NCBI GenBank assembly: GCA_963693365.1
Contig: CAVNZM010000015.1
Coordinates: 2,976,001 to 3,040,000, forward strand
Direction: 5' to 3'
Length of the DNA: 64,000 nucleotides
From: Amoebidium appalachense
Lineage: Eukaryota; Protista; Ichthyosporea
The position numbers and the translations under genes were made by a program. The notes below the pieces were generated by a model that had not been told where the DNA came from, searched no databases, and saw only the letters and a program-made list of their open reading frames with translations. Of the stretch, positions 42,390 to 64,000 are shown in pieces; positions within the stretch are counted from its first letter, which is position 1; each line of letters starts with the position of its first letter.

Positions 42390-44354
42390 GTAATGAATTA
42401 TCCCTGCTGTACATGTATTTAACTCTGTAGTGTAGATAGATAATATTTAGTATAGATAGTATAGATAGCATGTACTTCAACTGTAACATACATCCGTGCT
42501 AAAGAAAAAAGTTAGGTGGTATCTTCTAGCAGAAACTTTAGCAGCGGCACTGGTTGTCGAATGCAGAAGAAAAGTCCTCTTCAAAGAAATACATAAACGA
42601 AGAGTTATAATGATATTCGAGCTCCATTGCTGGGAGGTGTGTGTGTGCGTGTGCTTGTACGGTGTGTGTTCGTGGCCATTCACAGTGCATAATGTACGCA
42701 CATTTGTATGCATTTTTTTTAAAGTGAATTGCGAATACCTTTGTGAGGATCTACATCGTGCAGGGATACCTTACCGTGCCACCGCTCGATGCCGAGTATA
42801 CTCACAGCACGTGCACAATTTGCATATGTGTGCAATTGTGTGTGTGCATGTGTGTCTGTGTGTGTGTGTGCGAATGTGTGTGTGCGCATGTGTGTGTGTG
42901 CTCTGCACGTGCGCGCCCATGTATTCCTCGCTTCCATGTGTATCTGTCGCAATATTCCATTATGCAAAAAGGTGTTGTACTGATCGCTCGCTGCTACAGG
43001 TAAGTGCATGCACGCTGGTTGCAGCTGTTACAACTTCTGCTTCAGTGTGCCCTCCGTATGTGTGCTTTGGTGTCAGGTGTGAAGTATTACTGAGTTCGCG
43101 TGAGCGGCATACGACCGTTTTGTGTCGCACGCACCGTTCGTCTGTAGCTGTGCAAGCACACAACACTCCACCCAAAGTTGACATCGTCTTCGCCGTTTCC
43201 CCCTTCCCCCCCCCCCCAACCCCCCCCCCCCCAAAAAAAAAAAAAAAATAAAACAGAAAAAGGAAGACAACACTGGGATTGCCGCCTCCCTCCCTTCCCA
43301 GCCCCTCCCCTCCCCTCCCTCCCTCCCCTCCCCCCCCCCCCCCCCCCCCCCCCTCTCCTGCACAGTTCAACTACAAACCATTTTTACATTTTCAACTTCC
43401 TCTGCCACAATGATCACGTTTGGGCAGCGTTCCCATGGCATCCAAATGTGTTGCTACTTGCTGAGTTAGTCACAGTCTCCTAAGTAGTAGCGCCCCCCCC
43501 CCCCCCCCCCCCTTCCCCCCTCTCTCCTCCTCCCCCCCCCCCTCCTCTTCCCAAACCTCCCCACCCCTCTCCCGCACTCCTCCCCCCGCCCCCCTCCCTC
43601 CCGGACACCCGCCTGGGGCAACCAGAGTTATAGGCTTTCTTCCCCCAGGCATAAGACGCGGCAGTGCTAAGCTTACGATCATCCACCGAAAAGACAATTA
43701 ATACCAGCCTGAGTTTCAAGAAAACGTGGGTTTATTCACCCAAACCGGTAAGCCCACCGCCGCTATCCACTGACAGCAGATCACCTTTATCTTCCGGTTG
43801 ACCTGAACGGGTCAAGCCAATGGTCCAGCAACAGCACGCACAGCCTTGACCCCCCACAACCGTTCAGAGGTGCACATAGCCACAACATGGCCGCAATGAC
43901 GGTGCACTTTTGCACATAGAGGTAATCGAAGAGCATGAAAAAAAAAAACATTCGATTTTAACAGAATCTAGTAATAGAAGCCGTAACCTAGATTTCATCC
44001 CTTTCTTCGAATTCATCACTCGCCTCGCTCAGAATCTCGTTTTACCGGCACAACTGCGCAGAGTCATGTTCAGATGATTATCATAGCAGCTCAGCGAACT
44101 ATGACGTATGGTACAAATTTACGCAAAGTGCTAGATCTATTTGTTCTATCGCTCGCTTTTATTGGCCGACTTACTTTGACAATGTGCACGTGCTTTCAAA
44201 CTCCAGTCTTAAGAATTCGCGCGCATGAAAAACTGTTCTGTCTTGTATTTCTCCTCACCTAAGTTGTGTTAGGCAGGAATAGAGGTTTGGGTGGGGCAGA
44301 GAGAAGGTTTGACGTTAATAGGTTTGGCCTGAAAAGGCTAGAAAGGAGTCGAAA

Positions 44355-63397
<19,043 letters not shown>

Positions 63398-63405
63398 GTA
63401 TGTTT

Positions 63406-63445
<40 letters not shown>

Positions 63446-63455
63446 CTGTGTGGAT

Positions 63456-63538
<83 letters not shown>

Positions 63539-63619
63539 TGTGTGTGTGTGTCTGTGTGTGTGTGTGTGTGTGCGGAGTTCATGGAAAGGGGACGAGGGGA
63601 GCTTGGGTGTGTGTGAAAA

Positions 63620-63650
<31 letters not shown>

Positions 63651-63969
63651 GACGAAAGGAAAAGAGGTCGAATCTTTTTAGTCCATACGAATCAGAGCAC
63701 TACTAGTGAGCTGCCAATCAAATGCACCACTAGACATCATAATGCTTGCCTTCTTGGTCGTGTTGAAAATCGTGTGTGGTTTTGAGGTTTCCCACCCCTC
63801 ATGCATATTTTGTAGTTGTGCCGAATCCCCTTCTGATTGGGATCGATAAGGCTGTGCACCTTGTACCCCCTTCCCCCCCCCCCCCCCCCCCTCTCCCCTT
63901 CCCCCCTCCACCCCCCCCCCCTCCCCTCCCTCCTCTCCCTCCCCCGCTCCCGCCCTCTCCCTCCCTTCC

Positions 63970-64000
<31 letters not shown>

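Overview
Intron-rich eukaryotic nuclear DNA. The domain repertoire suggests an opisthokont, possibly a unicellular holozoan, but this is inference only. Almost all ORFs in the supplied track are translations of microsatellites or homopolymers. Splicing GT-AG introns by hand with phase checks gives five protein genes: (1) the 3' half of a SPATA20/YyaL-family gene (+, ends 8130); (2) a single-pass membrane protein with two beta/gamma-crystallin-like domains and a PAN/apple domain (+, about 12.9-19.4 kb); (3) a >1700-aa modular extracellular protein, PAN-PAN-PA14-Ig-like-vWD-C8-like-EGFx5-Cys-rich-3x DUF642-like (-, 22.3-34.7 kb); (4) an intronless equilibrative nucleoside transporter with a CCAAT/TATA/Inr promoter (+, 40908-42389); (5) a DDX27/Drs1 DEAD-box helicase (+, from 44355, running off the window). 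Two non-coding patterns stand out. The first is a sense-strand-specific arrangement of simple repeats in introns: poly(C) or (GT)n just after donors, and (CA)n directly abutting acceptors in place of a polypyrimidine tract. The second is a ~270-bp palindromic foldback element, made of GCAGAAT(T/A)ATTCTGC arrays and embedded in (GA)n/(GT)n blocks, present once in three of the four intergenic intervals and not seen in introns. Homopolymer lengths may be inflated by sequencing or assembly error.
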